From NCBI GenBank assembly GCA_021787535.1, contig JAJYLR010000004.1:1-60418 (forward strand): 60,418 nucleotides of DNA. Reading direction: 5' to 3'. Below, piece by piece: positions 43,260 to 53,040 of the stretch. Both the position numbers and the translations under genes were made by a program. The notes beneath the pieces were generated by a model that was given only the letters and a program-made list of their open reading frames with translations, ran no database searches and had not been told where the DNA came from. Source of the DNA: a bacterium (lineage in GTDB: Bacteria > Patescibacteriota > CPR2 > UBA1875 > JAJYID01). Position 1 is the stretch's first letter, and the number at the start of each line of letters is the position of its first letter.

Positions 43260-44357
43260 TTATTTCTCCCCAGATACGCCTGAAACGGCATTGCCGGCAC
43301 TTTCCACCGCTCTCTTTGCCAAGACTTTTTTAACGATTATCGAAATGGCTATAAGCAGAACACTAAAAATAGCGGCGGACGCAAAAATTTCAAACTGCAT
43401 AGCGCCTACTTTCGCCGCAACATCTCTGGCTAGCGGCATTAGAAGCTGGCTTTTGATATTCGGCAGCACGGTGATTTTTTTGTCGGCAAAGCCGATAAGC
43501 TGCGGCAAAACCAATTTATTGGCAAGAAGGCCCAAAACGTAGAAAATCCCCGCTAAGATAAAGAGGTAAATGCCGAACACCATAGGCGTCTTTTTCCATG
43601 CGCCGGCAAAAAGACGGGCCAAAAGTACGAGAATAATGAAAAGAATGGCCGGCAAAAAGTAGAAATTTTTGGTTATCGGGCTGATCCAGTCTTGAACACC
43701 GGCAACCTTCTGATAATTATTACCAAGTTTAGGATTTGCCGCGGCAAAGCTGCCCAAGTCAAAGTTATCCGGAATATTATTTACGGCAAAAAGCGGAGTC
43801 GTGGTATTGCCAAATTTCTGCATTTGGACTTGCTTTACAAGGTCATCAAAGCTGACGCCGGCCGGCCGGCAAGTATTTAGGGCGGTATTGAACTGAGCAG
43901 CGTATCGGCAAACAGGCAGAGCATTATATTTGGCCCTAAACTGATCCATCACACCGTTATAGATATTGGTTTTTAAGCCGCCTGTTGCAATCGGGACTAG
44001 CTTTTTGCCGGAAAAAAGCCATGGCCAGACGCTATCAATGAAAGATTCGCTCTGGCTTTGCATAAGCTGGGGCGTGAGGATGTTTTTGGCAAAAGCTATG
44101 GTGTCGGCTTGGCTGAAAGGATTTGAGTTATCCGCCTGAGCAGCCGGCGCACCGCCAGCGTCCTTTTCGCCTCCGCCGACTATCTGCGCTCCTATTTCCG
44201 GGAAATTATTATAGATAATTGTGTAAGCGTGATTATCCCTCAGCTCTTTTTTCACAAACTGAGGATTAAAGATAGTAAACTTAAAAGCCAGACCAAAAAG
44301 CACCAAATAAACAAGCGGGCTGATAATGATAAGAAATATAATTGATAACGCTTTCAT
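43260..44357 (-). CDS. Hypothetical membrane protein
   Basis: N-terminal TM helix, extracytoplasmic middle, 3-4 C-terminal TM helices. Confidence 0.55.
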   Translation of the reverse strand: MKALSIIFLIIISPLVYLVLFGLAFKFTIFNPQFVKKELRDNHAYTIIYNNFPEIGAQIVGGGEKDAGGAPAAQADNSNPFSQADTIAFAKNILTPQLMQSQSESFIDSVWPWLFSGKKLVPIATGGLKTNIYNGVMDQFRAKYNALPVCRYAAQFNTALNTCRPAGVSFDDLVKQVQMQKFGNTTTPLFAVNNIPDNFDLGSFAAANPKLGNNYQKVAGVQDWISPITKNFYFLPAILFIILVLLARLFAGAWKKTPMVFGIYLFILAGIFYVLGLLANKLVLPQLIGFADKKITVLPNIKSQLLMPLARDVAAKVGAMQFEIFASAAIFSVLLIAISIIVKKVLAKRAVESAGNAVSGVSGEK

Positions 44358-44425
44358 TGCAAATTTTTACCCTTAAATAATAGCATTTTTACCAAAAGAA
44401 ACAAAGTTTATGGTATATTTGGGAT

Positions 44426-44845
44426 ATGAAAAAAGAGTATTTAGAAAAAGCCGGAGCGATCATAATCCGGGAAGAAAATGGCAGCAAAAAAGTTTTACTT
44501 GCTCATAGGAGCCGGGGATTTAACGATTGGTCATTTCCTAAGGGGCATATTGAAGCCGGCGAGACTCCGGAAGTAACTGCTAAAAGAGAGGTTATGGAAG
44601 AAACGGGGCTTGATATCGAACTGTTGGAAGAATTGCCTCCAATCGTTTATAAATCCAACGAAGGAACGGTGAAGCAATATACTTTTTTGGCGCACGAAAA
44701 AGGCGGAAAACTGCAAAACAATGATGAAAACGATAAACTCGCATGGATGACGTATGAAAATGCTCGAGGTACGTTGTCTTATCCAAACCTTCAGGTACTC
44801 CTTGATAATGCCATAATACGGAAACCAAATCTGGCTTCAACATAA
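44426..44845 (+). CDS. NUDIX hydrolase
   Basis: Nudix box 'GHIEAGETPEVTAKREVMEETG'. Confidence 0.85.
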   Translation: MKKEYLEKAGAIIIREENGSKKVLLAHRSRGFNDWSFPKGHIEAGETPEVTAKREVMEETGLDIELLEELPPIVYKSNEGTVKQYTFLAHEKGGKLQNNDENDKLAWMTYENARGTLSYPNLQVLLDNAIIRKPNLAST

Positions 44846-44935
44846 CCAGGTGAGGTATAACTACAGATCAGGCCTTAAAATAAAGATTTATTGAACCGTT
44901 TTAGAAGTAAGTGGCAATAAGTTAGCTCAAAAAAA

Positions 44936-46462
44936 TTATTTTTCTTTATTGCGCTTTAAAAATTTTGGGCGGGAGATATGAAAAACCGGCTTATTCCACC
45001 AATCATTTCTCTGCTGTCTCGAACGTTCCTGATGTTTAGCCATCTGCTTTCTCATTTCGGCAGCATAATTTACAGGTTGGGAAGTAGGATCTTGAGGTTC
45101 TTCTGATTCATTAATCTTCTCTTTGGCCCCACTTAAATCGACAGCACCCTTAGAATGCGACCTATAATGGTTTTCTCTTTGGTTATTCGGTTGAATTTCC
45201 TCTTCATTTGCAGTATCACCATTTTTCTTTTTTTGATCAGACTGGACTTCCTCATCCAACCGTTTTTCGATTTCGGATGCATGTGTTTTATAAAACTGCA
45301 AATCTTCCGGAGTCCAAGTTACTTTACTTCGATCCATCTTTATTTTTTCCGCTAAATCATTGACTCTTTGATCATGAGTTTCTTTTTCCAAATTTTCTAA
45401 ATCCTTACCAGACAATCTCTGAGTTTTAGCTTCTTCTGGGGATCGGGTAAGCGACTCCAGTTTATAAACAATATTCTTATAATCCCTCTCTTCGAAATTC
45501 TTCTCATTTTCAGATAAGACCTCGCCAATATCTTCGATTGTCTGGGCATCTAAGCTTTTGCCGCTAAGAACCGCGCTCTCCAGATTTTCAAGGCAGTGGG
45601 CAAAATGCTCTTTATGATCTACGACATTGACACCCGCTTCTTTCAAGGCCTTCACCTCCGCCCAACCTGGTTTTTTACTCCTGTCTGCTTCTTCTCTATC
45701 TGCCCTTTCTTTTTCTAAAAGATCGACTTTCCTTTTCGCTTCCGCCAGCTCTTTAGCCAAAACATCATTTTCCTTGTCTTTATCAGCAATCTGCTTTTTT
45801 AAATCTCGGTTCTCACTTTGAAGACTTTCAATTTTTTCCCGATCAAGCTCTGCTTCTTTCTCCGTCGGCGTCTTGACCTCATAAGGGAGGGGTTCTCGAA
45901 AATTTTCGGGATTTCCGACAAAGTTTTCTTTACTCTCGGGCATTTTTGCCTCCTTTTCCGGACGTTTATTGTTTGTCTTTATCTTACGCTTATTGTTTTT
46001 GTATTGCAAATCACCATCAAGTTCAAGAAATTCCGGATTCCATTTTACCATCCGACTTTCCATCATATCTGCTTCTTTTTGGCCGATTGCTGGGCGGTCG
46101 TCTTTCTGATCATCACTTTTAGATATTATTTGGCCGCCATCCTTGTTTTTAAAAATTCTTCTTTCTTTTGATTTACTGAGAAGATACGCCTCTTGATCTT
46201 TGAGCGCCTGATCAACCATATGCTCTTCATTATGATTTTTCACTGCTCTTAGACCATCCACGGACTTGGTGCCATAGATGGTAGCCAGAGTAGCGTCAAA
46301 TTGTTTTTTGCTCATCCTAAACTTTTTTATATCCCCAGATTCCTTGTCAGAATCCCGGTTTTCAAAGCCGTTTGGATTAATATTTTCCGCCAATTTTTTC
46401 CCTATTTTTTCATCTTGTTCAATTTTATGGGTAACCCGAGAAAAAAGCAACCGGATATTCAA
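44936..46462 (-). CDS. Hypothetical highly charged coiled-coil protein
   Basis: 508-aa K/E/D-rich ORF. Start uncertain: TTG at 46462, first ATG 49 codons in. Confidence 0.5.
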   Translation of the reverse strand: MNIRLLFSRVTHKIEQDEKIGKKLAENINPNGFENRDSDKESGDIKKFRMSKKQFDATLATIYGTKSVDGLRAVKNHNEEHMVDQALKDQEAYLLSKSKERRIFKNKDGGQIISKSDDQKDDRPAIGQKEADMMESRMVKWNPEFLELDGDLQYKNNKRKIKTNNKRPEKEAKMPESKENFVGNPENFREPLPYEVKTPTEKEAELDREKIESLQSENRDLKKQIADKDKENDVLAKELAEAKRKVDLLEKERADREEADRSKKPGWAEVKALKEAGVNVVDHKEHFAHCLENLESAVLSGKSLDAQTIEDIGEVLSENEKNFEERDYKNIVYKLESLTRSPEEAKTQRLSGKDLENLEKETHDQRVNDLAEKIKMDRSKVTWTPEDLQFYKTHASEIEKRLDEEVQSDQKKKNGDTANEEEIQPNNQRENHYRSHSKGAVDLSGAKEKINESEEPQDPTSQPVNYAAEMRKQMAKHQERSRQQRNDWWNKPVFHISRPKFLKRNKEK

Positions 46463-46536
46463 TATAAGTACAGAGACCAGTTTGACAAAGATTCTGCCAA
46501 AAGATAAAATAAAATCTGATTAATAAAGCTTGAAAA

Positions 46537-46917
46537 ATGGCATATAAAATTCTACTTGCCGAAGATGACATCCAGCTTGTCGAGATGTACAAGCGCAAGT
46601 TTGAATTCGAAGGTTTTGATGTACATGTCGCCGAGGATGGCCAAGAAGCGCTTGATAAACTGAAAACGTTTACACCGGATATGACCTTATTGGATATCAT
46701 GATGCCTAAAGTTAACGGGCTCGAAGTATTAAGATCTATAAGACAAGACCCTGTAAAAAAAGATATGCTTGTGGTAATCCTTACCAATCTAGGCAATGAA
46801 GCTACTTCGGAAGAAATATACAAGCTTGGAGCAACCGACTATATCGTAAAAGCGGAAATGACGCCTTTGGATGTCGTAAGTAAGGTAAAGGAAATATTAG
46901 AAATCTACAAAAAATAA
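46537..46917 (+). CDS. Stand-alone response-regulator receiver protein (CheY-like)
   Basis: 'LLAEDD', phospho-acceptor 'LLDIMMP', 'ILTNLG', 'DYIVKA'. Confidence 0.85.
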   Translation: MAYKILLAEDDIQLVEMYKRKFEFEGFDVHVAEDGQEALDKLKTFTPDMTLLDIMMPKVNGLEVLRSIRQDPVKKDMLVVILTNLGNEATSEEIYKLGATDYIVKAEMTPLDVVSKVKEILEIYKK

Positions 46918-46932
46918 TAATTGCTTTTTGAA

Positions 46933-47475
46933 TCAGAGATTATTTTTGACGAGTGAAATAAGCTCGTCCTTTGTTTTTTCACCAACTTCCCGAGCCGTCT
47001 CTTTGCCGTTTTTGAAAACTATAAAGGTCGGAGTTGATTCAATACCATACTTTTTTGTAATTGCGCTGCTTTGCTCTACGTCAAGCTTTCCTACCTCGGC
47101 TTGGCCAACAAGCGCATCTGAAGCTGCGGTCACATCACCCGCAATCTTTTTGCAATGCGGGCACCACGAAGCATAGAAATCTACCAAAACCACGCCTTTG
47201 TAGTTTAGAACCTTGGCATCAAAATTACCGGCATCAAATTTAATCTCGTTTTTTCCAACCGCTCCAGCATCATTAGTTTCACTGCCGCTTTGGCTGTTGG
47301 TTTGAGGAATGACAGAATTGTTCTGAGCAGGCTTGGCATTTAAAGCATTGCCAGCACCCCCTCCTTTTTGTATAACAAAAATAACTCCCGCTGCAACAAC
47401 GGCCATAACTATAACAGCAGTTATAATAACCTTGGCTTTAATATCACTCTTGTTTTTTTCTACAATGCCAGGCAT
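46933..47475 (-). CDS. Membrane-anchored thioredoxin-fold protein
   Basis: TM helix, 'WCPHC' active site; TGA stop. Confidence 0.8.
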   Translation of the reverse strand: MPGIVEKNKSDIKAKVIITAVIVMAVVAAGVIFVIQKGGGAGNALNAKPAQNNSVIPQTNSQSGSETNDAGAVGKNEIKFDAGNFDAKVLNYKGVVLVDFYASWCPHCKKIAGDVTAASDALVGQAEVGKLDVEQSSAITKKYGIESTPTFIVFKNGKETAREVGEKTKDELISLVKNNL

Positions 47476-47668
47476 TTCACTCCTTGAGTCACATTATACA
47501 TATTCCAGAACCAATTTCAATCGTCCGGTTTATAAAAACTGCCAGTCCAGCATCGCTCTTATCTAGAGCGGCTTGCCAAGTGAGAACTCCAAAGGAAATA
47601 AAATTTGGTGAGAAGATTGAGCAGGAAAAGCAAGTTTGACTTGCCAAGCAAAGCTCGAAGAGCGAAGT

Positions 47669-47691
47669 TTGGTGGGTCGGCTGGGACTCGA
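47669..47691 (-). pseudogene. Orphan tRNA 3' fragment (T-loop to CCA)
   Basis: tggtgggtcggctgggactcgaa matches 21/23 of the 3' end of tRNA-Lys (47844..47866); no 5' half present. Confidence 0.5.
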
Positions 47692-47843
47692 AGAGCATCG
47701 GCTCTTTTACTTTTTTAAGTTCCATATTTCAGCTTTTCAAGTATATAATTTATTGGTTTGAATATTTTCTTTCTAGCTGCCTTCACTGGGTTCTCGCACC
47801 CAAACAGCCCAGAAATAAAAAGCCCTCCTGAGCATTTCATTTC

Positions 47844-47919
47844 TGGTGGGTTGCCTGGGACTCGAACCCAGAACCTACTGCTTAAGAGGCAGTTGCTCTA
47901 CCAATTGAGCTAGCAACCC
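47844..47919 (-). tRNA. tRNA-Lys (CUU), CCA encoded
   Basis: Acceptor GGGTTGC/GCAACCC, anticodon stem ACTGC/GCAGT, loop CT-CTT-AA, T-arm CTGGG-TTCGAGT-CCCAG. Confidence 0.9.
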
Positions 47920-47994
47920 AGAACTAATTACTAATTCACAATTCGAAATTAATAATTTTTGTGAATTATGCATTGATAATTATTAATTATTCAC

Positions 47995-48071
47995 TGGTGC
48001 CCCGGACAGGACTCGAACCTGTAACCTACAGCTTAGAAGGCTGTCGCTCTATCCGGTTGAGCTACCGGGGC
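47995..48071 (-). tRNA. tRNA-Arg (UCU), CCA encoded
   Basis: Acceptor GCCCCGG/CCGGGGC, anticodon stem ACAGC/GCTGT, loop CT-TCT-AA, T-arm ACAGG-TTCGAGT-CCTGT. Confidence 0.9.
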
Positions 48072-48259
48072 GAGTCAGTTACTTAGGAAATTAGTTAATT
48101 AGGGGTTGAATTTACCTAAGTACCTAGTTATCTAATCCCTCACTGAACCCATATATTATAGCTGATTTTGACTGATTTGTGAACTCAATATTTGTAAATA
48201 TTACCAATGTTAGCAATTGTTTCTGTTTATAGAATAAATATAAAGAAAGGAGGTTAGTT

Positions 48260-48736
48260 ATGGCAATTATCAGATGGAAACCATTTAACGTAGGGCAATT
48301 CTTATCCGAAGATTTCCCGGATTTGAGAGTGCCGACACTTGCAAGCTCACTGGCTACCGATGTTTACGAAAAAAACGGCAAGATAATCACTGAGATGAAT
48401 CTTCCGGGGATTGATCCGGAAACACTGGATATCGTAGTCGAAGACAACTATATCCATATCACCGGCAGCCGCGAGGAAGACCGGGAAGAAAAGGGCAAAA
48501 ACTACTACTACAAAGAAATTCAGAGAGGCAGCTTCGAGAGAACAGTCCGCTTGCCCTCAAATGTCAAAAAAGATAAAGCTGAAGCTATGTTTGAAGATGG
48601 CGTATTAAAAATCGAGGTCCCTAAGGTAGAAGAAAGAAAAACTCAGGTGAAAATAAAGGCCGGCAAAAAACCGTCGGCAAGGATCACGAAGAAACTTCCG
48701 GCAACCAGAACCAAAAAGATTAGCAAGAAAAAATAA
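48260..48736 (+). CDS. Hsp20/alpha-crystallin small heat-shock protein
   Basis: 'DVYEKNGKIITEMNLPGIDPE', 'GSFERTVRLPSNV...AEAMFEDGVLKIEVPK'. Confidence 0.9.
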   Translation: MAIIRWKPFNVGQFLSEDFPDLRVPTLASSLATDVYEKNGKIITEMNLPGIDPETLDIVVEDNYIHITGSREEDREEKGKNYYYKEIQRGSFERTVRLPSNVKKDKAEAMFEDGVLKIEVPKVEERKTQVKIKAGKKPSARITKKLPATRTKKISKKK

Positions 48737-48747
48737 ATAAAACATTA

Positions 48748-48772
48748 AAAAGGCCCTCTAAGGCCTTTTTAA
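48748..48772 (+). terminator. Intrinsic terminator after hsp20
   Basis: aaaaggcc/ggcctttt stem plus T tract. Confidence 0.55.
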
Positions 48773-48828
48773 GATATGTTTGCATATCGAATTCAGAAAA
48801 ACTATAATTTAAATAGAAAGGAATCATT

Positions 48829-49017
48829 ATGTTGGCAAGTATTATTATCGCGGCAGGAATCGGCTGGCTGCTCCAAAATCTCGGCATTTTGCCGGGAAAC
48901 TTTTGGGGAATTTTCTGGCCCTTGCTTCTGATCGCTTTCGGCGTTTCTCTCATTACAAAGAAAAGATCGTCTTGCTACTGGTCTTGCTTTGATGGCAAAG
49001 TTAGAGAAAAGAAATAG
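48829..49017 (+). CDS. Small two-TM membrane protein
   Basis: 62 aa, 'IIIAAGIGWLLQNLGILPGNFWGIFWPLLLIAFGVSLI'. Confidence 0.5.
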   Translation: MLASIIIAAGIGWLLQNLGILPGNFWGIFWPLLLIAFGVSLITKKRSSCYWSCFDGKVREKK

Positions 49018-49065
49018 TTTGTGCTAAATTATTTCAAAGCGAAATCATTATTAATGCAGCGGTAA

Positions 49066-49096
49066 AATAAATAATGCCTCAAAGGCATTATTTATT
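49066..49096. terminator. Bidirectional terminator (13-bp stem)
   Basis: aataaataatgcc tcaaa ggcattatttatt between convergent genes. Confidence 0.6.
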
Positions 49097-49107
49097 CAAA
49101 GCAATTT

Positions 49108-49617
49108 TTAGATATCGAGATATTCGACTTTCTTTTCCTCTTTTTTGAGCGCGTCCTCGGCTTTTTTCAAAAGATCGTCTGAAATCTTGTCTTTTAAGTC
49201 CTTGGATTTTTTGGCGACCAAAAGTTCAGAAGAGCTGACGTCTTCTAGAAATTCACCTTTTTTCTTCCAATCTTTGGGATTGGTAATCAGATTTGCCTTG
49301 CAAACCGTTACAAGATGTATGGCCATGCTTCCCTTTTGAGTTTCGTAAATTTTGGCTGTCTGCCAGTATTCTTTGTCACGCGAGAATCCTCGCCACTTGC
49401 CGACTTGGTTGCCGATAAATCTCTGCTCGCGCATAGCGTCTTTCGACCCTACACCTACGCTGATCTCACGCATCTCCCCCTTCAGTGCCTTAGACCGGTC
49501 GACGAATTCTCTGAGCGCTTTGGAAATGACGCTAGACAATGCCTCTCCGGCAATTTCCTTTGCCTCTTTGTAGACATTTTCGTCTTTGTCTGATACATAA
49601 ATGGTCTTGTTTGCCAT
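49108..49617 (-). CDS. EXLDI family protein
   Basis: 169 aa ending '...VEYLDI', the C-terminal E-x-L-D-I motif that names the family (recollection). Confidence 0.6.
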   Translation of the reverse strand: MANKTIYVSDKDENVYKEAKEIAGEALSSVISKALREFVDRSKALKGEMREISVGVGSKDAMREQRFIGNQVGKWRGFSRDKEYWQTAKIYETQKGSMAIHLVTVCKANLITNPKDWKKKGEFLEDVSSSELLVAKKSKDLKDKISDDLLKKAEDALKKEEKKVEYLDI

Positions 49618-49813
49618 TTTTACTCCTTCTTGCTGGATTAGTTGTCACTGCGGCCTGCCTACCTATTCCGAATCTTTTGGCGCAAGCGAATCCAAAATCC
49701 CAGCTTTTTAATGTTATTGTTATAAGTATATTCATACGTATACATCTTGTCAAGTACTTTTTTCTAAAATATTCTCACTTGTAGAGCATTTCTCACAGAA
49801 TTATAATTACTTC

Positions 49814-50386
49814 ATGGAAAAGATTGTCCCCATTTTCTGGCTTATCTTCCTCGGCTTCTGGGCCGTGACCGCATTCTCGGCCAAACCCAAGGAAGAAATG
49901 GTCTCAACCGACAGTGTCGGCGGGGTTCGCGGTATCCTGATCGGCATCATTATCTTCATAATCTTGCTCAGACATTTTTTCGGCGCGTATCTTAGTTTTT
50001 TATTTCACAATATCATCACTTTTCCCACGCCCATTCAGGAAATCGGCATCGGCGTCCTGGCCGTCGGCCTGGCCGTAGCCCTCTATGCCAGATATTCCCT
50101 GGGGCGAAACTGGAGCGGCCGGGTTTCTTTTCAAAAAGATCATGAGCTTGTCACTTCCGGGCTTTATTCGTACATCCGGCACCCGATCTATCTCGGTATC
50201 TTGATCATGGGCATCGGCACTCTCGCGATCGTGAACTTTAGTTTCATCGCCATAGGCGCCGTCTTGGTTGGTATATCTTTCATTCAGAGAATAAAAAAGG
50301 AAGAAGAGCTCATGAACAAGCATTTCCCGAAAGAGTACACTGCTTATCAGCACCAGACCAAAAAACTTATCCCGTTTATTTGGTAA
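49814..50386 (+). CDS. Isoprenylcysteine carboxyl methyltransferase (ICMT)-family membrane methyltransferase
   Basis: 4-5 TM helices; 'LVTSGLYSYIRHPIYLG'. Confidence 0.75.
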   Translation: MEKIVPIFWLIFLGFWAVTAFSAKPKEEMVSTDSVGGVRGILIGIIIFIILLRHFFGAYLSFLFHNIITFPTPIQEIGIGVLAVGLAVALYARYSLGRNWSGRVSFQKDHELVTSGLYSYIRHPIYLGILIMGIGTLAIVNFSFIAIGAVLVGISFIQRIKKEEELMNKHFPKEYTAYQHQTKKLIPFIW

Positions 50387-50533
50387 CAATACTCACTCTA
50401 AAAGAAACATTATGTATTTAGGGCTATGCACCGAAAATGCAGCAGATTTTGTCGACCACATCACGCTTAAGGTCGGGGGCAATTAGTTGGCTGTTTTTAG
50501 TATGGTTTTTATAGCTTCTGCCATTTGTTTTAA

Positions 50534-52921
50534 TTAATTCGTAATAAATCTTTTCTCCAGTTTTTGCTCGACCACTTTCACAAGCTCGCTTATCTGCATC
50601 CAGAAAAGCCCCCATACCCAGACGATTAAAATCATTTCTAAGTTAATGCTTTGCATGAGAACCCCGAAGTATGCAAGTCCGGTTGCCAAAAATTGCGTGG
50701 CAAAGGTCGAGATAATGACGATTTTTGATGGCAAAAACTTATACCATCTTTTCTTGGTGTGAGCGACAAAGATGAGCATATGGCCGGAAACGGACAGCTT
50801 AAGGAAAAACATAGTTTGGATGGCGCCCCAGCCGACTCCGAAAACATTCTTGGCAAGCAGGAAGAAAAGCAGGCTGTTTACAAGGCCTACCATGCCGAGG
50901 GCCGTGCCTAAAAAAAACTTTTTCTTCGAAGTGGCTTTGGCTGGTTTTCGCGGTGCCTCCACCCGATTAAAAGCCAGAGAAACTATGGGGATATCGTTTA
51001 AAAGCGTCAAAATTATCAGTTGAATAGGCAGAAGAGGAAAATCGCGGTACAAAAGCCCGATGATAAGGATATTAAAGATGACGCGGAAGCTTTCCGATAT
51101 TCTGTAAACCGCATAGGCATAGAGGCGGGAGAAAATCTTTCGCGCCTCGATAATGGCATCTTTTATGACAGAAATGCCGTCTTCAAGTATCACTATATCG
51201 GCGGCGCCCTTCAGCGCATCAACCGCCTTTTTGACTGCAATGCCGACATCGGATGCTTCGACCGGCGGGATATCGTTAACGCCGTCGCCGGTAACGGCAA
51301 CAATATAGTGCTTTTTGGCAAACTCGACAATTTTGAACTTCTCAAGCGGCAGGATTTCAGAAAAAACCGAAATCCTATCAAAGTCTTTCGCTTTAAGCGT
51401 TTTGAAATCCATGGCGGCGATCTGCTCCTTGCCCCAGACATTTCCCGGCAGTTCCAGTTCATGAGCTATTCTCTTACTGATAGCGAAGTTGTCGCCGGTG
51501 ATAAGTTTCGTGTCTATGCCTTGCTCATGCATGAAGTCTAAGACTTCCTTGGAGTCGCTTCGCAAAATGTCGGAGAAAAGGATAATGCCGGCAAGCGCCA
51601 TGTCTTTTTCGCTATTGCCATTTTTTACCGCTACTAGAAGCGATTTATAGCCGTCCTCAGCCAATTTCTCGATTTCCTTTAACTCGCCTTTATTTTGTTT
51701 GGCGCTTAGCTTGCAGAATTTTAAAATAACTTGCGGAGCGCCGATTGATATTGTGCGGACACCGTCACGGAACTTGACCTTAGCCGTGCTTCTTTTTCTG
51801 TCAGAGTCATACGGCGTGAAGTCTGCTATCTGATAGTTTGTGATATCGGCGCCGGACTCTTTGACTTCTTTAAAAATCGCATCTCGAATCGGCCCCTCGG
51901 CGTTGTAGTTTGCCAGATAGGCAAACTCCAAAATATTCTTTTCTTTGAATTTTCCTTTGGGAATAATCCTTACAAGATTGATCTCGTTTCTGGTCAAAGT
52001 GCCTGTTTTATCGGTTAGAAGCAGGTTAACATTGGCGAGATTTTCGAGAGATGCTACTTTTCTGGTAATAGCTTTTTTCTTGGTCAGATATACAATGCCG
52101 ATTGAGATTATTAAGGTCATCACAGTCGGAAGAGAGATAGGGATGCCCGCAATTACAAGACTCAGGTCGAGCTCCAAAAGCTCTAATATGGGTTTTTGCT
52201 CAAGCAAAAAGACGACGCTTAAGACCAAAACCGCAGCTAAGCTTAAGGCGGCCAAGTATTTGGATATGCTCAAAATATCCTTCTCGAGCAAGCTCCTTTT
52301 GGAAGCTTTTTCGACAGTAATTAGCGTTTTGCCAAAGTAGGTGTGTTTGCCGGTACTTGTCACTTGGCAGATGGCGAATCCTGTAGCCACAAAAGATCCG
52401 GCAAAGCATTTATCCCCCTTTTTTTTCTCACTCGGCAGCGACTCGCCGGTCAAAACGGACTCGTTTACACTGAGGTTCTTTGCTTCCAAAACTTTGACGT
52501 CGGCGGGAACGATATCGCCTATGCCAAGCCGAATAATGTCGTCCGGCACAATATCGCGCGAATCCAGCTCCTGCCACCTGCCGTTTCGCTCCACTTTAAC
52601 CTGAACCGCCAGACTGTCTTGGAGCTTTTTGATGGCACTGTCTGCTTTTTTCTCATGCCAGAAACCAACAAAGATATTTAAAAGCGCCAGAAAAATTATA
52701 AAGTAAAAGTCAAAAACTTTACCGAGCACCATCGACAAAACCGCGGCACCAAAGAGCATAATGGAGATGGGAGAAATGAACCACTTCACAAATTTCTGAA
52801 GGTATCCGGCACCTTTTTGTTCGATCTCGTTTGATCCGAATTCCTTTAATCTTTGGCTAGCTTCATCTGTATTTAAACTGTGATATTTTTCTTTCTGGGC
52901 TGTTACGGAGAACACTTGCAT
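50534..52921 (-). CDS. Cation-translocating P-type ATPase (P3A H+-ATPase-like)
   Basis: 'LTDKTGTLT', 'TGDNFAISKRIA', 'TGDGVNDIP'; 795 aa; 'EASQRLKEFGSNEI' N-terminus. Confidence 0.9.
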   Translation of the reverse strand: MQVFSVTAQKEKYHSLNTDEASQRLKEFGSNEIEQKGAGYLQKFVKWFISPISIMLFGAAVLSMVLGKVFDFYFIIFLALLNIFVGFWHEKKADSAIKKLQDSLAVQVKVERNGRWQELDSRDIVPDDIIRLGIGDIVPADVKVLEAKNLSVNESVLTGESLPSEKKKGDKCFAGSFVATGFAICQVTSTGKHTYFGKTLITVEKASKRSLLEKDILSISKYLAALSLAAVLVLSVVFLLEQKPILELLELDLSLVIAGIPISLPTVMTLIISIGIVYLTKKKAITRKVASLENLANVNLLLTDKTGTLTRNEINLVRIIPKGKFKEKNILEFAYLANYNAEGPIRDAIFKEVKESGADITNYQIADFTPYDSDRKRSTAKVKFRDGVRTISIGAPQVILKFCKLSAKQNKGELKEIEKLAEDGYKSLLVAVKNGNSEKDMALAGIILFSDILRSDSKEVLDFMHEQGIDTKLITGDNFAISKRIAHELELPGNVWGKEQIAAMDFKTLKAKDFDRISVFSEILPLEKFKIVEFAKKHYIVAVTGDGVNDIPPVEASDVGIAVKKAVDALKGAADIVILEDGISVIKDAIIEARKIFSRLYAYAVYRISESFRVIFNILIIGLLYRDFPLLPIQLIILTLLNDIPIVSLAFNRVEAPRKPAKATSKKKFFLGTALGMVGLVNSLLFFLLAKNVFGVGWGAIQTMFFLKLSVSGHMLIFVAHTKKRWYKFLPSKIVIISTFATQFLATGLAYFGVLMQSINLEMILIVWVWGLFWMQISELVKVVEQKLEKRFITN

Positions 52922-52976
52922 AAGTTTATTGTAGCAGGGGTCGGCTCTTTATTCAAAAAAGGAGCTTGCTTCGCTC

Positions 52977-53005
52977 TTGACAGCATATTTCTTTGGGTTT
53001 AGCAT
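52977..53005 (+). promoter_or_regulatory. Candidate promoter (TTGACA-17-TAGCAT) of paralogue A
   Basis: 'ctcttgacag...tagcataa' box is shared with the paralogue B upstream region. Confidence 0.3.
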
Positions 53006-53040
53006 AAGCGTATAATTTGAATCTAATAGGAGGGTGAAAA

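Noticed and set aside
47489-47725. 78-aa ORF in the spacer left of tRNA-Lys.
   Set aside because: It overlaps the tRNA 3' remnant and repeat-rich sequence, has no SD and an implausible composition.
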